64,000 bases of DNA from NCBI RefSeq assembly GCF_009914755.1, contig NC_060934.1; one strand, given 5' to 3'. Made by a program: the position numbers and the translations under genes. Below the pieces are notes generated by a model. That model worked only from the letters and a program-made list of their open reading frames with translations. It made no database searches and was not told the origin of the DNA. Positions 1 through 12,870 of this stretch are shown here, piece by piece. The stretch is from the human T2T-CHM13v2.0 reference genome, Homo sapiens. Numbering within the stretch: position 1 is the stretch's first letter; every line of letters begins with the position of its first letter.

Positions 1-960
1 CCTCCCCGTCCTCACTCCCTCTCCCACCCCCGTTCCTTTCTCTCGTCCTTCGCCCACCGCCTCCCGCCCCCGCGGGGCAGCGCCTCGGTGCACCCGCTTG
101 GCAGTTAGCCCATTAGATCTCGTACTATTGATCCGCTTCTGAGCAAAAGCTGACAGCACCCCCTCCCGGGCTCCCCACGTTCCCATTCCCCGCGCCCCCC
201 TCCAGGCAGTCCTGGCCTGCGCCTCCTCCCGCCCCCCACGCGGGCCGCGCCGAAGTCTCGCCCTCACGAAGGACGAGAACAAATGTAATTAAAGCGACCG
301 GCGAGGGGGGTGTGCCCCCACCAACGCAGGCACGAGCGAGGGTCCCAGCGGCCGGCGCCCGGCCTGCCACCTCCCTCCCCCTCGTCCCCGCCCCCTGGAG
401 CGGGAGCATTTGGGTTGAGCTGCGCCTGTCCTATAAATCCACATATAATTCTCCTCTTTCCCGTTCAGCTAAGGAAAATAAACGTGTAAGGCTGTTTCTG
501 GGAGCCCAGCTCAGGGACCGCTCTAAATTCTCCTCTTATTGAGTAGGGGCTGGAAATCATTCAGCTCGGCGGCGCGCCCCAGAACCACCCCCTACCCCCG
601 CTCCGGCCCGCGGCCGCGCCCGCGCCCGCCGCGCACACGCACGCGCGCACACGGAAGGCAGGCGCCGGGTATATAAATATCTCCAGCTCTCCCCATAGCC
701 GGGCAGATTTATTCCGCTGCCAAGCCTGCAGAAAATTGACTTGTTCATGGAGGCGGCTATTGACACATCACCGGGGGGAGGGTTAGGGGAGAAAGCAGTG
801 GAGCCGGCGCCCCTCCATTATACGTTAATGTAATCAGCAGTGTGCGAAATGACTGCGCGGAAAATAGCATCACTGACATTTATATTAGAGGATATTGATG
901 GCAGGAGCTGTGACCGCATCACTCTGCCTCCCGTTTCCACGGATTGACACAGGAGCCTCT
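1..960. promoter_or_regulatory. Orphan CpG island / candidate promoter-enhancer (may extend left of the window)
   Basis: Very GC- and CpG-rich non-repeat sequence; TATAAA at 432-437 and TATATAAATA at 670-679; TAATTA at ~286; no credible coding exon. Confidence 0.75.
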
Positions 961-1702
961 TGTTGGCTCCATCCACGCTCGCCTCCCCTCCCCCTACCTC
1001 TCCCGCCCTCTCTCTGTCTCCACCCACCCTGTGTCTCTCCAGCTCTCCCCCTCTCCGAGGAGGAGATCTCACCCCCACCCTCCCTATACACTCTTTGATC
1101 ACTCATTTTCCAAATAATTCTTGAGCACCTACTGGGTGCCAGGCGCAAGGGTCTCTCCCTGTGCCTCCTCTCCCTAGGTTTCTCCCTCCCCCTCTCCCCC
1201 ACCGTGCCCTTGCCCTCTTTGTCCCTCCTCCCCAGCTCTGCCTCTCCCCTCCCCCTGCCTTGGCTCGGTGGCTGGACCGCTGCTGTCACAGCAGATAGAT
1301 AATTGAAAAATGGGCCTCACCTTTGCAGCCGGCAGGAGTGGTTCAGGCAGTTACCGCCGGGGTTACCTACTCCATCTCAGGCCCAGGCTCCAAAAGAGAT
1401 TCTGAGGAAATTGGATTTTACATGGATGTTTTATTCGAGCAGAGGCTTTAGTGTATATAAATACAGGCGAGGAGGCCTTGGCGGCAAGGATGAGTGAGGA
1501 CAGACAATCCCGCCTGGGGCCTCCAGGCTCAGGCGAGGCAGGCGGGCCATGTGCTCAGCTCCCGGTCCCAGACCTGGATATCAGCGCATTCCCCCTCATG
1601 ATCTGGTACTGAAAGAGGTTAATGCTTCTGAACAGCTCCTCAAAAGCTGCCTTGGGAATAAAAGAGTGTAGTTGTTGAGAACTTGACAGGACAGTATACT
1701 GA

Positions 1703-2080
<378 letters not shown>

Positions 2081-2218
2081 GAGGACTGATTCTTTCAATA
2101 AATATCTATTGAACCTTTAACTTTTGAAGTATGAGTTTGAGGCACAGGAGTGAGTAAGTTATGGCTGCTGCCTTCAAGAACAGTCTAATAGTTTGGAGAA
2201 TGACACTGGGGGTTTCCT

Positions 2219-2321
2219 TTTTTTTTTTTTTTTTTTTTTTTTCAGAGATGAGGGTCTCACTATGTTGCCCAGGCTGGACTTGAACTCCTGGTCCCAAGCG
2301 ATCTTCTTGTCTCAGCCTCCC
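2219..2321 (-). mobile_element. Truncated Alu monomer (FLAM-like)
   Basis: Poly-T followed by GAGATGAGGGTCTCACTATGTTGCCCAGGCTGG...CTCAGCCTCC. Confidence 0.85.
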
Positions 2322-2773
2322 ATCTAGGGTTTCTGGTTATGGATAAGGAAAGGGAGAGTGAGAAAGCAGATGCTGAGATTGCTTTTCTAGGGCATGACCA
2401 GCTGGGGAGCTTGAATGAAGAGGCAGGAGGGAAAGTGGTCGGATTGGGGCGATAAAGGACCTAACTCTCCAGTCTGCTCTCTGAGCCTGGTTAGCAAAGC
2501 ATCTAGGGAACTTGGACAATGGTGGACAATGAATCTATAGGCAAGATCACATCCAAAGTGTTTGCAAGGAATCCTGGTGAGATTCTCTGGAGGGCCAAGA
2601 TGAAGGATCATTGAAGACCAAGGTGAGGCCCTCCAGAGAGACCAGGTAGAAGGTGGGAAGAGGACCTTTGCGGGAGGCCTAAATTGAAGGCACTTGGGCA
2701 AATGAGGGGCATCAGAAGACCAGGGAGATGGGATGTGGGTGTGGAGCGGGAGGAGGCAATGCCTGGGGACCTA

Positions 2774-3141
<368 letters not shown>

Positions 3142-3899
3142 CTACATTTCATTCCTGGGCAGGGTCTTTTCTGTGCCCTGTTTGATCTCTGATTAGAGTC
3201 TATGTGGCTGACAGGTGCAGTGCAAATCATTTCTGTTCCTTGGAAGGAGAGTCATGAGCCATCCCATGATTAAAGGACTGGAATGAAGATGAGCGGACCC
3301 AGGCTCAGACTGCTCACTGAAGGGATAGGGGCTTCTTCTGAGCTCACAGCACAGACAACAGCTGCCTTATCCCAGCCATATCGCTGAAAGCTGGACTGTT
3401 CCTCCCCCAGAGAAACATTACAAAACCCCCCTTGTCCTCTGCCACATTGTTATACTGTTACATCATCCGCTTTGGGGGCAGGACAGGTGCTGGATAGATG
3501 ATGGCCATCCCTCCAGCTGCCCCACACACATCCCAGGCACTCCCAGATGGCACACTGGGAACTCCAGTCCAGCTGTAGGATGGGAGTATTCTGCGGTAAC
3601 TGGACTCCCTCTCAGAACTCTCCCTGTCTGACTGCCATCAGCATCTTCCCTCTCACCTACAGATTTCATTCATCCTGACAGCCCAGTGGAAAGGGAGCCC
3701 CTTTCCACCCATCAGGGAGCCAGAACACTCCCACTTACCTTAGTTACCTGTGCCACCTCCTTCCCTTTGCCCTCAGTGAACCACAGGAACTCATGTCCTA
3801 TCTGTCTCCCAGATCAACTCCTGTATTTGTCTTCCTTTCCTTGTGACTCATTTGAAACATGGATGCAGAGATTCTGGTCTTGCTCCTAGCTTAAGACCC

Positions 3900-4569
<670 letters not shown>

Positions 4570-4577
4570 GACCCCTT

Positions 4578-4865
4578 GGCTGGGCACGGTGGCTCACACC
4601 TGTAATCCCAGCACTTTGGGAGGTCGAGATGGGCAGATCACGAGGTCAGGAGATCAAGACCATCCTGGCTAACACGGTGAAACCCCGTCTCTACTAAAAA
4701 TATAAAAATTTAACGGGCAGGTGCCTGTAGTCCCAGCTACTCAGGAGGCTGAGGCAGGAGAATGGCGTGAACCTGGGAGGCGGAGCTTGCAGTAAGCCAA
4801 GATCGTGTCACTGCACTCCATCCTGGGCAACAGAGCAAGACTCTGACTCAAAAAAAAAAAAAAAA
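4578..4865 (+). mobile_element. Alu SINE (AluY-like)
   Basis: AluY diagnostics GACCATCCTGGCTAACACGG and AATGGCGTGAACC; TSD AAGACAGACCCCTT. Confidence 0.95.
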
Positions 4866-5419
4866 GACAGACCCCTTGAACAGGATGGCGATGAGAACAT
4901 GAGTGCATGCATATACATGTGTGTGCATGCACATGTGCTCCCTTGAGCATTGCAAACCCAGGGAATAAGTGACACCATTCAAGGAACCGCACTCGGTCTC
5001 ACCTTGCCATCCAATTTAGGAAATTGACATTCGTTAGAAAAATAAAGGAGCAGCCAGGGAAGTGGCTTCCCACAGCAGGAAGGATGCTCCTCAAGGCTTT
5101 ATGAAGATGGGCTTCTGGGAAGTCATTCCTCCAGGAACATCTGCCCGATAAGCCATCAGAGAGGACTCAGGGAAATGGGGGGTTGAAGGTACTGGAAAAC
5201 GGAGCCACATATAATTCAACCATTTCTTGAGATTTGGAATCTGTCCTTTCTCTCTCCCCATGTAGAGGCCAGGTAGATGTAGGGTGCAAAGGAGAATGAA
5301 CCTTTGAAAGGTGGCTACTCTGCTTCTGGGGGGCCAAGGAAGCCAGCAGGAGCTGGGAAGTTAAGGTCTAGGTGGAGAAGCCAAGCTTGGCAGAGGAGTG
5401 TTTCCAACTTTAGCAACAA

Positions 5420-5540
5420 AGCCAATCTGAGCTGTGTAACTGAGGTGAAAGTCACTTCACCACTCTGGGCTTCAGGTTCCTCATCTGTAAAATGAGAAAA
5501 AATAAGATTTCTTTCCGTTCTAGTTTCTGTGATTCTAAAC
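5420..5540 (+). mobile_element. MIR SINE fragment
   Basis: MIR core-like CTCTGGGCTTCAGGTTCCTCATCTGTAAAATG. Confidence 0.7.
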
Positions 5541-8004
5541 CGATGGGTGAGTGTGATTGGAGAGCCCAGGTTTAGGATGAAAGAAGGAATTTCAGGGCTG
5601 AAGATCCAGATTCTTACAAGAGGGATGAACAGAGGTAATTGCAGGGCCAGCGGGGCCTGACATTCATCAGAGGACTGTTGGTGGCTGGGAACCTGCCAGG
5701 GCCAGGACAAAACAGAGCATAAAATCAGCCCGACCCTGGGGCAGAGAGAAGGCAGGGATGGATCTAGAAAGCATGCTACCTAAATTGTTTCAAACTCAGA
5801 CTCTTTGCTCAGAATCTGGCTCATACAGCCCAGAGATCATGGGTAGAAACTCCAAGTGGCCAGGCAGGTGTCCATCAGCCTAAGCAACATAAAATCTGTG
5901 CACTCTCACGTTCTGTGCTTTAGAAGGGAATGAGTGGGAGGTGAGGGTCTTTGCTTTGTTTCCCCAGAGTTTCCTAATACGGTTTCCTGCTTGAGAAATG
6001 TTAGCATCACCTTGGCTGGATGGAGAGGGGATCAGGGCGCCCCTAGTGGTGGAGGCTGGTGGTTGGCAGAAGCGGCACCTCCTTAAGACTTCACTAGAGG
6101 AGCACGGGATAAAGTGTGAAGCAGCTGGAGGGAGGCCGAGGGGCACAGAGCCTAATGGAGGCAATCCCTCCGCCCTGTTTTGACTCAGGGCAAGATGAAA
6201 CAGGGCAGGTGGCCAGGGAGAGTTGGAGCAGAAAGCTGCCTTGGAGGATAAATGCCTAGAGGGAAAAGACTAGAAGCCCAGAGCACAGGCAGCCAGCAGG
6301 CAGCAGGCAGGGGAGGAGAGGTGAGAAGGGAGGGAAGATATCCCTTTCCACGGATGTGCCTTGGCCCCTGCCCAGGCAAAGAGGGGCAGATTTTCCGTCT
6401 TGTCCCAAGCCCCTGCATCTGCCACCTTGTTTACCTCCTGCCTATTTATAGTTGCAAATTCCAAGCCTGGCATGGGACTCTGCGATTTATATGACTATAA
6501 ACCTTCAAAGGGCACTGAGGGCTGGCGGGGAATGGGTAAAGACAGGGGCAGGCCTCGCAAGGTCAAAATACTCAGTCTCCCACCCCCACTGTCCTGACAT
6601 CCTACCTCCTCACAACAGGTTGAAAGGCCAGGCTCACGCAAATAAGAAAATGGGTAGGAAGCCACAGTCGCCGCTGACTCTTCCTACCCTAAGCTTGTCC
6701 AGTTTAGGATTTAGAGCAAGGCAGAGCATGTCCTGGGTCCTGGAACATGGTGGGGGAAAAGAAGAAAAACAATAGAGCAAAACAGAGAGAACCTGTTTTA
6801 GTCTCCCTGGCCCCTTTTGGGAGGGGGTAGGGAAGCTCAGTGTGGGAGAGTGGATCTCATCAAGGACAATTGAATTTGGAGAGAGTGGGTGAGTCCAGGC
6901 TTTCGAGGGAGAGGGGAAATTGGGATCAGCAGCCCAACTCCCACCTACCCCATCCACTTAACAGCAGAGGGGAAGAAGAATGAGACCTGGAGCACTCCTG
7001 GCCTCTGGCTTCCTTCTGGGGGTGCCTTTGGAGGCCTGAATGGCTCACCTCTTATTCAGAACAGGGTGCACTGGTTTACCCAATGCCTGGGTGCCCAGTC
7101 ACCATGGAATTCTGCTAGCACTGCTCATAGGCCAGATCCTTCCCTTTAGAGGCACCCTCTCCTCAGCCTCTGGCTGACCCTCTGCTTCAATTCATCTCCC
7201 TTTCTATTTTCTCTGGACCTCCAGCCCGCCATGTGTACTCACGTTACCGCTCCCCACAAAGTGCCCCTTGCTTTGCACCTGTGCCCTCAGCTGACTATTA
7301 CAGCCTCCTGCTCTGCTCTTCCCCTCAAGCCCACCACACTGGTCCCCACTCCACGATGTGTCATATGTAGCTCAGCTCTGTGTGTGCATGTGTGTGTGTG
7401 TCTGTGTGCACGTGCATGCATGTTTGTGGCTGCATGTGTAAGAATGTGCCAAACAGTTTTGAACATGAAGGAGGGGGGAACCCAGAATGGCTTTCTCCTT
7501 GACTTTTTTGTTGTTTTCCCATCAACCTCCAGTCTGCTGGACTAAGTCTAAGGACTTAGGGAGGGAAATGTCGCTCTTAGAGTCCATGTGACCCACTGGC
7601 CACTTCTGACCCTCTTTTACAGCCCCCCTCCCCGACCTCCACCATCTGGGGTCTCAAACCCTTCACCACTAGACTAAGCCTGGTGAGAGGCAGACAGAGC
7701 TGAGGGTCAGGGATTGCTCAGTTGGGATTGGTCCTCTGGCAGGGGAGGGCACTCAGTCAACAGAGACTCCCATCTGGCTTTGGGCTTGGTCTCGGCCTTG
7801 GGTAAAGTCATATAGGGAAAGGCGGAGGCCACAAGGAATGAACCAATTCTTGGTCTACTCCTCTCTCCTACCGTCCCAGCCCAGCCTATCCTTGGGGACA
7901 GGGATGCAAATGAGTAAGCCAAGTCAAAGTCCCTTCTCTAAGAAGAGAGACAGAGAATAGAGAAGATGTCACAGAGCCCCTTTTGCCACCTACTAGTCTT
8001 CTCT

Positions 8005-8318
8005 TTTTTTTTTTTTTTTTTTTTTTTTGAGACAGGTTCTCACTCTGTCACCCAGGCTAGAGTCTACAGTGCAGCAGCATGATCATAGCTCACTGCAGCC
8101 TCTGCCTCCTGTGCTCAAGCAATCCTTCTGCCTGAGCCTCTTGACTAGCTAGAACTACAGGCATGCACCACCACATTTGGCTATTTTTTTCTTTTTTTTT
8201 GTAGAAACAGGATCTCACTATGTTGATCTGGCTGGTCTTGAACTCGTGGCCTCAAGCAATCTGCCCACCTCAGCCTCCCAAAGTACTCAGCTTACAGGCA
8301 TAAGCCACTACACCGGTC
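8005..8318 (-). mobile_element. Alu SINE (AluJ-like)
   Basis: Poly-T plus diverged Alu dimer (ATCATAGCTCACTGCAGCC). Confidence 0.9.
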
Positions 8319-8324
8319 TCATAG

Positions 8325-8715
<391 letters not shown>

Positions 8716-9498
8716 TGGAATACTTAACTTTATATGCCAACTTGACTGGGCTAAGGGATGCCCAGATAGCTGGGAAAACATTATTTCTGGGTGTGTCTGT
8801 GGAGGGAGTTTCTGGAATCAGTAGGCTGAGTGAGGAAGACTCACACTCATCACTGTGGGTGGGCATCATTCAATCTGTTGATGGCCTGAATAGAAGAAAA
8901 AGGCAGAGGGAGGGTGAATTTGCTTTCTGCTTGATCTAGGCCATCCATCTCCTCTTGTCTTATGATTTGACATTGCTGGTTTTGGGGACTTAAGACTTGG
9001 ACCAGGACTTATACACCAGCCCCTCCCCGGCCCCCACAGTTATCAGGCCTTTGGGCTTGGACTGGAACTATACCACTCACTTTCCTGGGCCTCTAGCTTG
9101 CAGTCAGCACATCATGGGACTTTTTGGCCTCCATAATTGGGTGACTCAATCATTCATAATAAGTCCCTTTATCTACCTTCTTCCTTCCTTCCTTCCTTCT
9201 TTCTTCTTTCCTTTCCTTTCTTTCTTTCTTTCTTTCTTTTTCCTTTCTTTCTCTATCTCTCTCTTTCTCTCTCTCTTTCTCTTCCTCTCTTTCTCACCTT
9301 CTCTCCTTGTCTGCTTCTTTCTCCCTTTCTTCTTTTCTTTCTTTCTTTTTTCTTTCTCCTCTTTCTTTCACTCTTTCTTTCTATCTCTATCTCTCTCTTT
9401 CTCTCTCTCCTTCTTTCCTCCTCTTTCTTTCTTTCTTTCTTTCTTTCTCTCTTTCTCTCTTTCTTGGTCTGTTTCTCTGGAAAACCCTGACTAATACA
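8716..9498 (+). mobile_element. MLT2-family (ERVL) solo LTR with expanded internal CT microsatellite
   Basis: CAACTTGACTGGGCTAAGGGATGCCCAGATAGCTGG...ATTATTTCTGGGTGTGTCTGTG, ends GAAAACCCTGACTAATACA. Confidence 0.85.
9177..9463. repeat. Polypyrimidine (CT/CTTT/CCTT) low-complexity tract
   Basis: ~290 bp of almost exclusively C/T. Confidence 0.95.
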
Positions 9499-12084
9499 GT
9501 GTATGAGGACCTGGGGAGAAATCGAGGACCTAGATGGAGGTGAGGTGCAGTGAAGAGAAGCCAGGAGGACCTGCAGAGGGGCTGGCAGCAGAGCAGAGCT
9601 CACCGTTATGCCCTCTCCAGAGGGAGGCAGCAGAGGACCATGGGAATTGCCCCATCCAGCATTAGCAGTTCAGTTCCCCTTGCTTCACTGTCTACCATGG
9701 AGCCCATATCTAGGGACTCACCTTGTTTGAATGTTTTTACACTTTTAGTCCCTGCCCCAAGGAGAGATGCCTTGGGAAAGTCAGCCCTGATTTAGTCCCT
9801 CCCAAGCTCCTCTCTTCATTCCTATGTAGAGGCTTCTCTCCTTTGTGTCTAGAACTTAGAGAACATACTTTTGTCCACTCCCCACCTCCTTACATTTCTC
9901 AACCTCCCCAGCTCCCTACCTCCTACACGCCCTTGGAGGCCATGATCCAGCCCAGATTCACTGCCCTGGAGAGGCCCGTCTCTCTGCCCTGTGGCCATGC
10001 TGAGCCATGACTGTGACAACTAGACATTGTTAGCATCTGACCCCCATCATCCCTAGGGAGTTTCCAGTGAGGGCCCATACTCCTAATGTCTTCTTTTCCC
10101 TACCCCCATTTAGTCACTCACCAGGCCTACTTCCTGGATATGAGGACCAGGTCTGGCCCTGGAAGTGCACAGGGAGATGGTCCTGTGCTGGGGACCAGGC
10201 TAGCATAGGGGCAGCAGCTAGGTGGAGGAGTTCTGAGGTGTGGCCTTGAGTGCGATGAAAAACCAGTGCCTCATAGCCTAGTAACATTCCCCTCCCTGCC
10301 AACATGGCACCTCTGTGGTCCCTCAGCCTGGTTGGAAGTGGGGTGGTGAGGAGTTGGGGGGCACAGGTAGATGGAAGGTGGGGAATGGGGTGGGAGGGCA
10401 CAGGTCAAGGGAACAAATATCTAATTTTTTCAAAGCTCAAAAACTGGAAGCAACCTAGAGGCTTCAAAGTTAAATCCTGGAGCAGAGAGAACATCTCCTG
10501 TGCATCGGGTAGAGGGAGCTAGGGACAGAATGGCCTTGGTTTGAGGATGAACTTATCAAAAAGGAAGCTAAGAGTGACCAGCTTTTTTGAGACCAAAGAG
10601 GGCCAATGGGTTCCTTCTGAACTCTTACTGGGATGGGAGTGGCTGAGAGAGCTGTAGACCTGAACCCTGGGGGGCACAGCTGAGATCCCAACAGAAAGGA
10701 GCCCATGTGTTAATAACCACTATAAGCCACGAGAAAGTCAGGGTCAGGGAGTGGTGGATTACTACTGGTCTCTCTTATCCAGTCTCCTGTCATTGACTCC
10801 AAGACATCTGGGTCTCAGAGAGTCCAAGATGCAAGGTAGGCAGCTACCTTACAGATCATCTGGCCTAGGACTCATTTTATAGATAGAGAAAAGAAGACTC
10901 AGAGGGGATAGGAAGGTGCCTGACTGTACCACCCACCATCTCAAGTCATCTATTAGCTTAGTTATAAGATCTCAGTTTGACCTCATCCTGTGGAACTCCA
11001 GGCTTACCTGCCTGCCCAATGGATTTGTCCCTAGATTAAGTTTCCCCTCCACCCACATTGTTGCTCTATGTTTGGACCCCTCCAGATAGGCCTGATGGAG
11101 GAGCCCTGATTGGAAAATTTCCCCTCCCCTTCCCTGTCTCAGAATATAGCTTCTTAGGGCGCTCCCTTTGCAACTTGAGATGTCACTGTCTTTCTATTAA
11201 AATGTCTTTTCCACTCTGCCTCTCCCTTTCTCTCGCTCTTCTCCAAACCCTACCCCCTCCACCCCCACCTGCCATCCCTTCTCTAGATAGAGCCCCAGAA
11301 CTGCTGAGATGAATCTCTGCAGCTTTGTGGTTCTGGGCTGTGTTCCTGGTAATTGAGTTGTGCTCCCTAGTCATGATGGGGGAGGGTGGCAGTGGCTGCC
11401 GGTGGGTCCAGTCATCCTTCTGCTAGCTTAGCCCCTTCCACTGTGATCCAGCAGAGAGGGTGAGGAGGAGAGAGCTGGGGATGCTTCCTTTTCCCCAGCC
11501 CTCCTTCTCCAGCTCTCTGTCTCCCCCTCTCCCCCTCCCTGCTTCATCTCCAGCACAAATCACATGGTGACAGCCACATCCAACCTTTGGGGAAGGGTTT
11601 GTAAATGTGTCTTCCTTAGCTGTGATCTCCAAATTGTTCCTTTTATTGCATTTGTCACGGTGAAGATTAAAGTCCCTGGGTGGCCTGCACCACAAATCAC
11701 AAAGTCTGCTCAGGGAGAGGCTGCAGGTTGGGAACTGATGGAGGGGTCTGGGCCCTGTTACAGGGTGTGCATGCATGTGTATACTCACAAACACCCGATC
11801 CCATGTGTGATGAGGATTTGTACTTAGGAATGGAAAGATGTGCTGCTGATATTGTCCTTCTGAGTTGTTAGCCCCCTTTATAAGCACAGTTTTTGACCTC
11901 TTCCTCCAGGCTGTCTTCCAGGATCTCCCTGCCCAATCTGTGGTTGGCATCATGGTCTACATTGCTCTTTCCCGTCTCTTCCATCAGTGGGGAGGGAAAG
12001 CTGTGGTCACATCAGAGATATTTCAGGATATCCCCCTGGATCTTTGGTCACATTGATCTCTAGATCTCATCCTGGCAGCCCTCT

Positions 12085-12240
12085 TTTTTTGAGACAGGGT
12101 CTCACTCTGTTGCCCAGGATGGGGTGCAGTGGCACGATCTTGGCTCACTGCGGCCTCAACCTCCTAGGCTTAAGCGATCCTCCTGCCTCAGCTCCCCCAA
12201 GTAGCTGGGACTAAAGGCGTGCACCACCATGCCCAGCTAA
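12085..12240 (-). mobile_element. Alu right monomer (FRAM or 5'-truncated AluJ) with TSD
   Basis: Right arm only; 17-bp TSD CATCCTGGCAGC[C/A]CTCT at 12068-12084 and 12242-12258. Confidence 0.9.
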
Positions 12241-12519
12241 ACATCCTGGCAGCACTCTGAATGGGTCAAGGGCAGTTTGGGCCCAGAGCTCCCAAGGGAC
12301 TCACATCCAAGCCCCAGAAGAACAGCTGATCTTACCCTGTCCCAGCACCCCCATATCCTGACTTTCTTTCTCATCCTGAGACACAACTGGTTGCAGAGGG
12401 AGCACAGCTGACATGGAGGAAACACAGCTGAGGAACCAAGAGGACAAAAGCTCCCTTGTACATGTGCGCTGAAAACAGCCCCCTTATGAGGTGGGCTTCC
12501 TGCCTGTCCCTCATCCACA

Positions 12520-12870
12520 TTCATAACATTCAAATTTATGCTGTAATCTCCACCGCTCCATATGTATGAGCCTTTGATGGGTGTTTGGGTTTATGGGATG
12601 CACCCGTCCCTCCATTCCCTCACCCGCCCACCGCCTCCAACCACTGCAAAGACGCTCGTACATAATTGACATCGGCAGATTCTTTCATTATACAAGATTT
12701 AGCATCTGCTCAGGGATCGCTCGCTCCTCACTCACCATAGATGACTTTTCCCCGCGTTTCCTATTATCAATTCAAATTAGCCCCATTTCCCCACCCGACC
12801 AGTGCAGCGTTTACACTTGACAGTGAGGAAACAGCAAGGCTATAATGGGCTCCTCAATTATTTAGGCCCA
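12520..12870. promoter_or_regulatory. Candidate conserved non-coding enhancer
   Basis: Repeat-free, CpG retained; CTTTGAT, TTTATGG, TAATTG and TGACAG motifs clustered. Confidence 0.45.

Noticed and set aside
8997-9603. Phe/Leu/Ser-rich and Arg/Glu/Lys-rich ORFs
   Set aside because: Translations of the CT microsatellite.
11423-11953. 176-aa minus-strand ORF
   Set aside because: No recognisable domain; overlaps low-complexity sequence.
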